Below are positions 1 through 8,748 of a stretch of 64,000 nt of DNA, piece by piece. The stretch comes from an uncultured Actinomycetota bacterium. Lineage in GTDB: Bacteria; Actinomycetota; Actinomycetes; Propionibacteriales; Nocardioidaceae. The stretch is taken from assembly GCA_963826155.1 (NCBI GenBank), contig CAWGVX010000002.1:455814-519813 (forward strand). The letters are read 5' to 3'. The position numbers and the translations under genes are program-made. Each line of letters opens with the position of its first letter. The stretch's first letter is position 1. The notes under the pieces are model-generated. The model searched no databases and had not been told where the DNA came from. It saw nothing but the letters and a program-made list of their open reading frames with translations.

Positions 1-2
1 GC

Positions 3-350
3 CACGTCCCGCTCAGCGTGCGCGGGGACGCCGACCTGACCGTGGCCGTGGAGCTGATGACGGGCACCGTGGTCAAGAGCCTGCCGGTGGTCCAGGACGG
101 CGTCGTGGTCGGCGTGGTCAGCCGTCGGGACGTGGTGGCGGTGCTCGCCCGCGGCGACGACCGGATCGAGGCCGAGGTCGACGGCCTCCTGCGCTCGGCG
201 GAGCTGGCCTGCACGGTGGCGGTGCGCGACGGCATCGCGGTGCTGGAGGGCCTCGAGGACACCCGCCGGCAGGACCTCGCCCGGGTGCTGGCCAGCACGG
301 TGCGGGGCGTGGTCGGGGTGCGGTTCGCGCGGCCCTCCCGGCGTGCCTGA
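3..350 (+). CDS. CBS + BON-like domain protein, 3' part (gene starts before the window)
   Basis: Open frame from window edge; CBS-like LPVVQDGVVVGVVSRRDVV followed by BON-like TVAVRDGIAVLEG; GC3-rich codons. Confidence 0.75.
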   Translation, partial: HVPLSVRGDADLTVAVELMTGTVVKSLPVVQDGVVVGVVSRRDVVAVLARGDDRIEAEVDGLLRSAELACTVAVRDGIAVLEGLEDTRRQDLARVLASTVRGVVGVRFARPSRRA

Positions 351-410
351 CCGCGTGCCTGACCGCGTGCCTGACCGCCTGCCTGACCGCGTGGTGCCTG
401 ACCCGGTGGC
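341..410. repeat. 12-bp tandem repeat (CGCGTGCCTGAC, about 5 imperfect copies) between convergent genes
   Basis: cgtgcctgaccg repeated directly, with decaying last copies. Confidence 0.8.
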
Positions 411-417
411 GCGGAGC

Positions 418-858
418 TCACAGGCTGCGCCGGGCCGGCATCCGGCTCAGCGCGTCCCAGCCCGCGCCCACGCGCCGGCCGGACAGCTCGCTCCAGCGCA
501 GCCGCAGGTAGAGCGTCCGGGAGCCGCCCACCCAGGGCTGCGGCGCCCACACCTCGCGGATGTGGTCGAGCTCGTCGATGTCGGTCACGAAGTCCCCGCG
601 GCCGCGCGCCACCACGCTCCAGCCGCGCTGCTCGGCGTAGTCGAACTCGTCGACCTCGAAGGCCAGCGTGGTGTCGCGGCCGTAGCTGCCGAGCAGGCTG
701 TACGGCGAGGTGCGCACGATGATCGCGTCGTCGACGACCGAGTAGTTGACCGGGATGATGTGCGGCCCGGTGGGAGTGGCGATCGCGATCCGACCGGCGA
801 CGCCCGCGCGAAGCAGTGCCTCGCACTCGTCGCGGTCCAGGTCGATGATGTCCTGCAC
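418..858 (-). CDS. Pyridoxamine 5'-phosphate oxidase-like (split-barrel flavin-binding) protein
   Basis: DLDRDECEALLRAGVAGRIAIATPTGPHIIPVNYSVVDDAIIVRT...LAFEVDEFD...GWSVVARG; GTG start after AAGGGG. Confidence 0.8.
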   Translation of the reverse strand: MQDIIDLDRDECEALLRAGVAGRIAIATPTGPHIIPVNYSVVDDAIIVRTSPYSLLGSYGRDTTLAFEVDEFDYAEQRGWSVVARGRGDFVTDIDELDHIREVWAPQPWVGGSRTLYLRLRWSELSGRRVGAGWDALSRMPARRSL

Positions 859-993
859 GTCCAGCCCCTTCGTGTCAGCCCTCCCGGCCCTCATGCTCCC
901 GGCCGGCGCGACCGCCGGGTCAGGGCCGATGGTCCTGTCGTCCTGCCCGATGCGCCCTGCCCGCTGGGAGCCTCCCGGACCAAGGTGACGACC

Positions 994-1989
994 ATGGAGA
1001 GCACCAGGCACGCGTCCGTGACCCCGGCCGGCACGATCGTCGTCGGGGTCGACGGCTCGAAGCCCGCGGACCAGGCGCTGGACTGGGCCGCCGAGCAGTC
1101 CGCGCTGGAGCACCGGGCGCTCACGCTGGTCCACGCGCTCGGCCCGATGGGCACGAGCGGGACGGCCTGGCTCGACCAGGCCGGGGTCAACCAGCGCGAC
1201 ATCCTCGACGCGATGCGCCGCGACGGCAACGAGCTGCTCGACCACGCGCGCGAGCGCGCGCTGCGCCGCCACCCGCACCTCGAGGTCCGCGAGGTGCTGC
1301 GGATGGTCGATCCCCGCGAGGCGCTGCTGGAGCTCTCCCAGGACGCCGCGATGGTGGTGCTCGGCTCGCGCGGCCGGGGCCCGGTGCGCAGCCTGGTGCT
1401 GGGGTCGGTCAGCGCGGGGGTCTCCCGGCACGCCGCCTGCCCGGTGGTGGTGCTCCGGCCCCGCAAAGTCGGCGTCGTGCGCCGGGGGGTGCTGGTCGGC
1501 GCGGACGGCACCCCGCGCTCCCGGGCCTCGCTGGAGTTCGCCTACCGGCAGGCCTCGCTGCGCCGGCTGCCGCTCACGGTGCTGCACTGCTTCTGGGACG
1601 CCGCTGGCGTCTCGTCGGCCTCGCGGCTCGTGGCGGCCGGGGAGGAGGGCGTGGAGGACGAGCGGCTGCTGCTGGCCGAGTCGGTCAGCGGGATGACCGA
1701 GAAGTTCCCCGACGTGAGCGTGCGCCTCGAGCTGGCGCGGGGGCTGGCCGACGACGCCCTGGTGCGGATCTCCCAGCAGATGGACCTGGTGGTGGTCGGC
1801 TACCACCCGGCGCGGCCGCTGGCGGGCCTGGTCTACGGCTCGGTCGCCTCGACGGTGCTGGAGCACGCGTCCTGCATCGTCGCGGTCGTGCCTGAGCCCG
1901 ACCTGGACATGCCGGCCGAGGGGACGCCCACCGACGTGAGGACCGGCGCCGCGGCCGAGGAGGTCAGCGCACCCGACGTTCCGGCGTGA
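994..1989 (+). CDS. Universal stress protein (tandem USP domains)
   Basis: Two USP domains: IVVGVDGS...VVLGSRGRG...LGSVS and VLVGADG...LVVVG...YGSVASTVLEHA. Confidence 0.9.
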   Translation: MESTRHASVTPAGTIVVGVDGSKPADQALDWAAEQSALEHRALTLVHALGPMGTSGTAWLDQAGVNQRDILDAMRRDGNELLDHARERALRRHPHLEVREVLRMVDPREALLELSQDAAMVVLGSRGRGPVRSLVLGSVSAGVSRHAACPVVVLRPRKVGVVRRGVLVGADGTPRSRASLEFAYRQASLRRLPLTVLHCFWDAAGVSSASRLVAAGEEGVEDERLLLAESVSGMTEKFPDVSVRLELARGLADDALVRISQQMDLVVVGYHPARPLAGLVYGSVASTVLEHASCIVAVVPEPDLDMPAEGTPTDVRTGAAAEEVSAPDVPA

Positions 1990-2455
1990 CCCGGCGCGCA
2001 CCGAGATGGTGGCCGGCCACCAGCGCGACGATGTCGGTCCAGGTCAGCAGGCCGACGACGCGGCCGTCGGTGTCGACGACCGGCAGCGCGTCGACGAGCT
2101 CGGCGAGCATCACCTCGGCGGCCTCGCGGACGGTGGCGTCGCGCCGGACCCGCGGGTGCCGACTGCCGACGTGCGCGCCCACCGAGGGCGACTTGCGGCC
2201 GATGGTCGCGATGGCGGCGAGCACGTGCTCGGCGGAGATCAGGCCGCGGAAGCTGCGGTCGGCATCGACGACCAGCAGGTGACGCACCGGGTGCCGCAGG
2301 AAGACGTCCACCGCCACCATCAGGTCCGCGTCGGAGCGGACCGCGACCAGCCGGCGGCTCATGATGTCGGCGACGAGGGGCTCGCCGGCGGCGACGTCAG
2401 GGGTCGGCCCCGGGAGGTCGGGCGCGGCGGCGGGCTCGCGCTCGTGGTCGATCAC
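1964..2455 (-). CDS. CBS domain protein
   Basis: VADIMSRRLVAV...RHLLVVD...GLIS and DALPVVDTDGRVVGLLTWTDIV. Confidence 0.85.
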   Translation of the reverse strand: MIDHEREPAAAPDLPGPTPDVAAGEPLVADIMSRRLVAVRSDADLMVAVDVFLRHPVRHLLVVDADRSFRGLISAEHVLAAIATIGRKSPSVGAHVGSRHPRVRRDATVREAAEVMLAELVDALPVVDTDGRVVGLLTWTDIVALVAGHHLGARRVTPERRVR

Positions 2456-2545
2456 GACCTCACCGTCGACCTCGGCCGGCTCCCTCGTCAGAGGAGAAGG
2501 TCCCCGGCCGCCGTCGGTGGTCCCGCGGCTGGGGAGGGCCTCGGG

Positions 2546-2938
2546 TCAGCCGCCGGAGGGGTCGCCGTCGACGTAGACCCAGCGGCCGGCGCGGCGCTCG
2601 AACCGGCTGCGCTCGTGCAGCACCCCGGGCCCGGCCGGCGTCTCGTAGCGGGCCGCAAACTCCACCGTGCCGGTCTCGTCGTCCGGCCCGCCGCCGCTGG
2701 TGGCCAGCACCCGCAGCCCGGTCCAGGTCAGCGCCGGGTCCGCGGCCAGGTCGGCGGGGCGGGTGCGCGGGTGCCACGTGCGGAAGACGTGGTCGAGGTC
2801 GCCCACGGCGTACGCCGAGTATCGCGAGCGCATCAGCTCCTCGGCGGTCCTCGCCACGGCCGCGCCCCGGTGCAGCCGTCCGCAGCAGGCGTCGTACGTC
2901 GCACCGCTGCCGCACGGGCAGGACCGCTGGAGGCTCAC
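2546..2938 (-). CDS. YchJ family (SEC-C motif) protein
   Basis: CPCGSGATYDACC, TAEELMRSRYSAY, GTVEFAARY, HERSRFERRAGRWVYVDG. Confidence 0.9.
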   Translation of the reverse strand: MSLQRSCPCGSGATYDACCGRLHRGAAVARTAEELMRSRYSAYAVGDLDHVFRTWHPRTRPADLAADPALTWTGLRVLATSGGGPDDETGTVEFAARYETPAGPGVLHERSRFERRAGRWVYVDGDPSGG

Positions 2939-3020
2939 CACGGGGGAACCGTAACGCGCACCCGGCCGGGCCCCCGGTCCCCGACCGCTGCGGGGGCTTT
3001 GCCCGGCGTCGTAGCGTGAA

Positions 3021-4427
3021 GTGGTGACCTCTGCTTCCACCAGCACACGTCCGGCAGCCGCCACCGTCGGGGAGCTCCGGGCCTCCGGCCACGAGCAGAA
3101 GGCGCTGCGGACCGAGCTCCGCGACAACCTGCTCGCCGCGCTGCGCGAGGGCCGGGACCCCTGGCCGGGGCTGCACGGGTTCGAGGACACCGTGATCCCG
3201 CAGCTCGAGCGGGCGCTGATCGCCGGCCACGACGTGGTGCTGCTCGGCGAGCGCGGCCAGGGCAAGACCCGGCTGCTGCGCACGCTGGTCGGGCTGCTCG
3301 ACGAGTGGTCGCCGGTGATCGCCGGCAGCGAGCTCGGTGAGCACCCCTACGAGCCGATCACGGTCACCAGCCGCCGGCGCGCGGCCGAGCTCGGCGACGA
3401 CCTGCCGGTCGCCTGGCGGCACCGCGACGAGCGGTACGCCGAGAAGCTCGCCACGCCGGACACCTCGGTGGCCGACCTGATCGGTGACGTCGACCCGATG
3501 AAGGTGGCCGAGGGCCGGTCGCTCGGGGACCCGGAGACCATCCACTTCGGCCTGATCCCGCGCTCCCACCGGGGGATCGTCGCGATCAACGAGCTGCCCG
3601 ACCTCGCCGAGCGGATCCAGGTCGCGATGCTCAACGTGATGGAGGAGCGCGACATCCAGATCCGCGGCTACGTGCTGCGGCTGCCGCTCGACGTGCTCGT
3701 GGTGGCCAGCGCCAACCCCGAGGACTACACCAACCGCGGCCGGATCATCACGCCGCTCAAGGACCGCTTCGGCGCCGAGATCCGCACGCACTACCCGACC
3801 GAGCTCGAGGACGAGGTCGCGGTGGTGCGCCAGGAGGCGCACCTGGTCGCCGACGTGCCCGACCACCTGGTCGAGGTGCTCGCCCGGTTCACCCGGGCGC
3901 TGCGCTCCTCCAGCTCGGTGGACCAGCGCTCCGGCGTCTCGGCCCGGTTCGCGATCGCGGGCGCGGAGACCATCGCCGCGGCGGCGTTGCACCGCGCCAC
4001 CTCCCAGGGGGAGGACGACGCGGTCGCGCGGGTGGTCGACCTGGAGACCGCCGTGGACGTGCTGGGCGGCAAGATCGAGTTCGAGACCGGCGAGGAGGGC
4101 CGGGAGGCCGAGATCCTCACCCACCTGCTGCGCACCGCGACCGCCGAGACCGTGCGCCAGCACTTCCGCGGCCTCGACTTCGCGGTGCTGGTCGACGCCA
4201 TCGAGCGAGGCTCGCTGGTCACCACCGGGGAGCAGGTCACCGCGCGCGACTTCCTCACCGGGCTGCCGGTGCTGGGGGAGTCCGAGCTCTACGACGAGGT
4301 CTGCGACCGGCTCGGCGCCACCAACGACGGCCAGCGCGCCGGGGCGATCGAGCTCGCGCTCGAGGGGCTCTACCTGGCGCGCAAGGTCAGCAAGGAGTCC
4401 GGCGGCGGGGAGACGGTCTATGGCTGA
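3021..4427 (+). CDS. Mg-chelatase/MoxR-like AAA+ ATPase (Rv0958-like)
   Basis: Walker A GERGQGKT, Walker B-like IAINEL, NPEDYTNRGRIITPLKDRF. Confidence 0.85.
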   Translation: MVTSASTSTRPAAATVGELRASGHEQKALRTELRDNLLAALREGRDPWPGLHGFEDTVIPQLERALIAGHDVVLLGERGQGKTRLLRTLVGLLDEWSPVIAGSELGEHPYEPITVTSRRRAAELGDDLPVAWRHRDERYAEKLATPDTSVADLIGDVDPMKVAEGRSLGDPETIHFGLIPRSHRGIVAINELPDLAERIQVAMLNVMEERDIQIRGYVLRLPLDVLVVASANPEDYTNRGRIITPLKDRFGAEIRTHYPTELEDEVAVVRQEAHLVADVPDHLVEVLARFTRALRSSSSVDQRSGVSARFAIAGAETIAAAALHRATSQGEDDAVARVVDLETAVDVLGGKIEFETGEEGREAEILTHLLRTATAETVRQHFRGLDFAVLVDAIERGSLVTTGEQVTARDFLTGLPVLGESELYDEVCDRLGATNDGQRAGAIELALEGLYLARKVSKESGGGETVYG

Positions 4428-4499
4428 CCCGTTGGCCGGCCGGTCGGCCGAGGTGCGGGGAGCGCCGGCGACGAGCCTCGAGACCCCGGAATGCCTGCG

Positions 4500-6530
4500 A
4501 TGAAGGGGCACCGCTCCCGCTACGGGCGGTACGCCGGCGGCCCGGACCCGCTGGCGCCCCCGGTCGACCTCGCCGAGGCGTTGGACGCGATCGGCGAGGA
4601 CGTGATGGCGGGCTACTCGCCCGAGCGTGCCATGCAGGAGTTCCTGCGCCGCGGCGGCCGCGACCAGACCGGGCTGGACGACCTGGCCCGGCGAGTGGCC
4701 GAGCGGCGCCGGGAGCTGCTCCAGCGGCACAACCTCGACGGCACCATGAGCGAGGTGCGCGAGCTGCTGGACCGCGCGGTGCTCGAGGAGCGCAAGCAGC
4801 TGGCCCGCGACCCGATGATGGACGAGGGCGACCGGACCTTCCGGCAGATGCAGCTGGACGGCCTGCCGCCCTCCACGGCCGCCGCGGTCTCCGAGCTGGC
4901 CGACTACGACTGGTCCTCGCGCCAGGCCCGCGAGGACTACGAGAAGATCAAGGACCTGCTCGGCCGGGAGATGCTCGACCAGCGGTTCGCCGGCATGAAG
5001 CAGGCGCTGGAGAACGCCACCGACGAGGACCGCGCGGCGGTCAACGAGATGCTGCAGGACCTCAACGGCCTGCTCGACAAGCACCGCCGCGGCGAGGACA
5101 GCCAGGCCGACTTCGAGGATTTCATGGACAAGCACGGGGACTTCTTCCCCGAGCGGCCCTCGAACATCGAGGAGCTGCTGGACTCCCTCGCCCAGCGGGC
5201 GGCCGCGGCCCAGCGGATGCTGAACTCGATGTCGCCCGAGCAGCGCGAGGAGCTCATGCAGCTCTCCGCGCAGGCGTTCGGCTCACCCGAGCTGATGGAG
5301 TCGCTGAGCCAGCTCGACGCGAACCTGCAGTCCCTGCGACCCGGCGAGGACTGGGGCGGCTCGGAGCAGATGTCCGGCTCCGACGGGTTGGGCCTGGGCG
5401 ACGGCACCGGCGTCTTCCAGGACCTCGCCGACCTCGACGAGCTCTCCGAGCAGCTCTCGCAGTCCTACGAGGGCGCGCGGATGGACGACCTCGACCTCGA
5501 CAAGCTGGCCCGCCAGCTCGGCGACGGGGCCGCGGTCGACGCGCAGACCCTGCAGCGGCTGGAGAAGGCGCTGCGCGACACCGGCTACATGAAGCGCGGC
5601 AGCGACGGCGAGCTGCGGCTGAGCCCGAAGGCGATGCGCCAGCTCGGCAAGGCGCTGCTGCGCGACGTCGCCCAGCGGATGTCGGGGCGGCAGGGGCAGC
5701 GCGACCTGCGGCAGGCGGGTGCCGCCGGCGAGCTGTCCGGGGCCACCCGCGAGTGGGCCTTCGGCGACACCGAGCCGTGGGACGTCACGCGCACGGTCAC
5801 GAACGCCGTCGTGCGCACCGTCTCCGAGGGCGGCGACCCGCGCGGCGGCGTACGCCTCGAGATCGGCGACGTCGAGGTCACCGAGACCGAGGCGCGCACC
5901 CAGGCGGCGGTGGCGCTGCTGGTCGACACCTCGTTCTCGATGGCGATGGACGGCCGCTGGGTGCCGATGAAGCGGACCGCGCTGGCGCTGCACACGCTGA
6001 TCCGCTCGCGCTTCCGCGGCGACCACCTGCAGCTGATCGGCTTCGGCCGGCACGCCGAGGTGATGGACATCGAGCAGCTCACCGCGCTGGACGCGATGTG
6101 GGACAAGGGCACCAACCTCCACCACGCGCTGCTGCTCGCCAACCGGCACTTCCGCAAGCACCCGAACGCCCAGCCGGTGCTGCTGGTCGTCACCGACGGC
6201 GAACCCACCTCGCACCTCGAGCCGGACGGCGAGGTGTTCTTCTCCTACCCGCCGCACCCGCTCACGGTCGCCTACGCCGTGCGCGAGCTCGACAACGCCG
6301 GTCGCCTGGGCGCCCAGACCACGTTCTTCCGGCTCGGCGAGGACCCCGGCCTGGCCCGGTTCATCGACTCCATGGCGCGCCGCGTCGACGGCCGGGTCGT
6401 CGCCCCCGAGCTCGACGACCTCGGCGCCGCCGTCGTCGGCTCCTACCTCGGCTCCCGCGGCTCCCGCTCGGCCTTCGGCGACCCCTACGGCGACTGGTTC
6501 GGCGGCCGCGGCTTCTGGGTCGGCGACTGA
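4500..6530 (+). CDS. VWA domain protein (Rv0959-like)
   Basis: Long coiled-coil N-terminus; MIDAS motif VDTSFSM; GTNLHHAL; VVTDGEPT. Start uncertain (4491 or 4500). Confidence 0.85.
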   Translation: MKGHRSRYGRYAGGPDPLAPPVDLAEALDAIGEDVMAGYSPERAMQEFLRRGGRDQTGLDDLARRVAERRRELLQRHNLDGTMSEVRELLDRAVLEERKQLARDPMMDEGDRTFRQMQLDGLPPSTAAAVSELADYDWSSRQAREDYEKIKDLLGREMLDQRFAGMKQALENATDEDRAAVNEMLQDLNGLLDKHRRGEDSQADFEDFMDKHGDFFPERPSNIEELLDSLAQRAAAAQRMLNSMSPEQREELMQLSAQAFGSPELMESLSQLDANLQSLRPGEDWGGSEQMSGSDGLGLGDGTGVFQDLADLDELSEQLSQSYEGARMDDLDLDKLARQLGDGAAVDAQTLQRLEKALRDTGYMKRGSDGELRLSPKAMRQLGKALLRDVAQRMSGRQGQRDLRQAGAAGELSGATREWAFGDTEPWDVTRTVTNAVVRTVSEGGDPRGGVRLEIGDVEVTETEARTQAAVALLVDTSFSMAMDGRWVPMKRTALALHTLIRSRFRGDHLQLIGFGRHAEVMDIEQLTALDAMWDKGTNLHHALLLANRHFRKHPNAQPVLLVVTDGEPTSHLEPDGEVFFSYPPHPLTVAYAVRELDNAGRLGAQTTFFRLGEDPGLARFIDSMARRVDGRVVAPELDDLGAAVVGSYLGSRGSRSAFGDPYGDWFGGRGFWVGD

Positions 6531-6533
6531 CAC

Positions 6534-6597
6534 GTCGAGCCGGGCCCGGCCGGGCGTCGAGCTGGGCCTGCCGGGCGTTGAGCTGGGGCCGGCCGGG
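6534..6597 (+). repeat. Three tandem 21-22-bp repeats GT(C/T)GAGC(T/C)GGGCC.GCCGGGC
   Basis: Copies at 6534-6555, 6556-6576 and 6577-6597; the same motif occurs inverted at 7770-7811. Confidence 0.7.
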
Positions 6598-6984
6598 TCA
6601 ACGGCGCCGGCGCTCCCAGTTGGTGCACCAGCGCGTGGAGGTACGGCGTACGCCGGCGCAGCCGGGCAGCTCCTCGGGAGCCTCGAGCTCGTCGGTGTGC
6701 ACGTCGCGGACCAGCAGCGGCCTGGCGAGCCGGAGGCCGTTCAGGAAGATCTCGCAGTCGCAGAAGCCGCCCATGCTGCCCAGCCGTCGCTCGAGGCCGG
6801 TGGCCGTCGGTGACCTCGTGTCGCGGAACCGCTGCGACCACCGCAGCGTCGTGTCACAGCCGAACTCGTCGAGCATCCGCGCCACGTAGCAGGCCAGGCA
6901 CTCCGACCCGCGGGGAAGGGTGGCCGCCTCGGCCAGCACCCGCAGCTCCGACTCGAGCTGCTCGACCACCGTCATCTCGTTCAT
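6598..6984 (-). CDS. DUF2695-like protein
   Basis: CLACYV...GCDTTLRW...LGSMGGFCDCEIFLN; ATG after GGAGGAG. Confidence 0.75.
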   Translation of the reverse strand: MNEMTVVEQLESELRVLAEAATLPRGSECLACYVARMLDEFGCDTTLRWSQRFRDTRSPTATGLERRLGSMGGFCDCEIFLNGLRLARPLLVRDVHTDELEAPEELPGCAGVRRTSTRWCTNWERRRR

Positions 6985-7103
6985 GCCCGCTCCTCCTTCG
7001 ACGCCTGGGAGTGGTCTACCGGCGAGCACCGACAGCCGGGGATTGGGTCCGCGGTGAGGCGGGTAGGAACCGGACGACAGATGTCGTTCTCGGCGGGGGG
7101 CTC

Positions 7104-7751
7104 ATGCGTTTCAAGCTGGCGGCAGTCGTGGCCGTGGTCGTCGTGGCCACCGGGTGCAGCACGGCGGTCGACGAGCCGGGGGTGGCCAGCTCGGGCAGCC
7201 CCGCAGCGGCACCGTCATCGGCCGCTCCGACGGCGACGGACCTGGCACCGGGCCTCCGTCGCGCGCTGTCCTCCCGGTTGCGCGTAGCTCCACCGCTGCG
7301 CGGTGAACGGTCCTACGAGCCGCCGGAGTTCCACACCGGCAAGGCGGCCCTGGCAGCCGGGGACACGGACTACGCCCGCCTGCTGAACCGGGAGGGCATC
7401 GAGGGGGTCGTCACCCGTCGCGTGGAGTTCCCCGCCGCCGAGGCAGCGGGACTGCGGGTCGTCCGCGTGTTCCGATCGGCTGCCGGAGCACGGAAGGCCG
7501 TGCGGCACGAGGTCGCGGGGCTGCGCGGACACCTGCGGCACATCCAGCGCTTCCCGGTCCCGCGTGTGCCCGGCGCGGTCGGGGCCGCCGTCTCGGTGGC
7601 CGGCGTGGTCACCGGTCGCAACGTCTTCTTCGCGGTGGGGCGGTTCGAGTACGTGCTGGGCGCGGCCACCAGGAGCTCGGGCAAGCCGGGCTCCGCAGCC
7701 CTCGCCCGCGGTGCGGCCCGATGGTGGCGGAGCGTGCGCGCCCTGGGGTGA
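7104..7751 (+). CDS. Hypothetical lipoprotein
   Basis: Signal peptide MRFKLAAVVAVVVVATG-C with lipobox, then Ser/Pro/Ala linker. Confidence 0.65.
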   Translation: MRFKLAAVVAVVVVATGCSTAVDEPGVASSGSPAAAPSSAAPTATDLAPGLRRALSSRLRVAPPLRGERSYEPPEFHTGKAALAAGDTDYARLLNREGIEGVVTRRVEFPAAEAAGLRVVRVFRSAAGARKAVRHEVAGLRGHLRHIQRFPVPRVPGAVGAAVSVAGVVTGRNVFFAVGRFEYVLGAATRSSGKPGSAALARGAARWWRSVRALG

Positions 7752-7769
7752 GGAGGCCCCGACGACCGG

Positions 7770-7811
7770 CCGGGCAGGCCCAGCTCAACACCCGGGGAGG
7801 CCCAACTCAAC
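7770..7811 (-). repeat. Two tandem copies of the 21-22-bp GTTGAG(C/T)TGGGCC repeat, inverted relative to 6534-6597
   Basis: ccgggcaggcccagctcaac and acccggggaggcccaactcaac. Confidence 0.65.
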
Positions 7812-8661
7812 GAGCGGGCGGGTGGAGGATCGCCGCGAGCTCCTCGACGCCGTCGACCAGCCGGGTGCCGGGGCGGGCCCAGGCGGCGTTGGCGTCGACC
7901 GGGTGCACCGGGACGCCCGCAGGCAGCACACCGGAGGCGACCAGGTCCTCGGCCAGCGCGGTCGCGCCGGTGAGGTCGTAGCCGCAGGGTGCGACCACGA
8001 CCACGTCCGGCCCGGCGGCGTGCACGGCCTCCCAGCTCACCCGCTCCGACTTCGCGCCGGGCGCACCGAGCAGCGGCACACCACCGGCGGCCTCGACCAT
8101 CTCGGGCACCCAGTGGCCGGGCGCGAACGGCGGGTCCGTCCACTCCAGCAGCATCACCCCGGGACGCGGCCGGCCGGCCACGCGCCGTCGTACGGCGTCC
8201 AGGCGTGCGCGCAGTCCCTCCACCAGGGCGCGGGCCTCGGGCTCGTGACCGGTGGCCCGGCCGAGCGCCGCGATCGACGCGAGGACCTCGTCCAGCGTGT
8301 GCGGGTCGATCGTCAGCACCTGGGCCGTGCACCCGAGATGGGCGAGCGCGTCGTCGACGACCGAGACGTCGACCGCGCAGACCGCGCACAGGTCCTGGGT
8401 GACCACGAGGTCGGCGTCGAGGCCGGCGAGCGCGCCCTCGTCGAGGTGGTAGAGGTCCTCGCCGCGCGCCATCGCGCCGGTCACGAACGCGTCGATCTCC
8501 GAGGGCGTCAGCCCCTCGGGCATCGCCGAGGTCGACACGATCCGCCGGGTCCGGGCCTCGGCGGGGAAGTCGCACTCGAAGGTCACGCCCACCACGTCCG
8601 GGCCGGCCCCGATCGCGAACAGGATCTCGGTCGTCGAGGGCAGCAGGGACACGATGCGCAC
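7807..8661 (-). CDS. Cobalamin/iron-type ABC substrate-binding protein family (BtuF-like), no signal peptide
   Basis: MRIVSLLPSTTEILFAIG...VVGVTFECDFP, TQDLCAVCAV, EWTDPPFAPGHWVPEM. Confidence 0.8.
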   Translation of the reverse strand: MRIVSLLPSTTEILFAIGAGPDVVGVTFECDFPAEARTRRIVSTSAMPEGLTPSEIDAFVTGAMARGEDLYHLDEGALAGLDADLVVTQDLCAVCAVDVSVVDDALAHLGCTAQVLTIDPHTLDEVLASIAALGRATGHEPEARALVEGLRARLDAVRRRVAGRPRPGVMLLEWTDPPFAPGHWVPEMVEAAGGVPLLGAPGAKSERVSWEAVHAAGPDVVVVAPCGYDLTGATALAEDLVASGVLPAGVPVHPVDANAAWARPGTRLVDGVEELAAILHPPAR

Positions 8662-8748
8662 CCGCCCACCCTAGGCACGCCGGTCGTGGGCCTGAGGGCG
8701 CGCCATGGCGCGTTCCCAGGCGCACGACCCGGTCCGTAGGATCGCGCG

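Noticed and set aside
2460-5135. 891-aa minus-strand ORF
   Set aside because: Shadow of the AAA+/VWA genes; no motifs.
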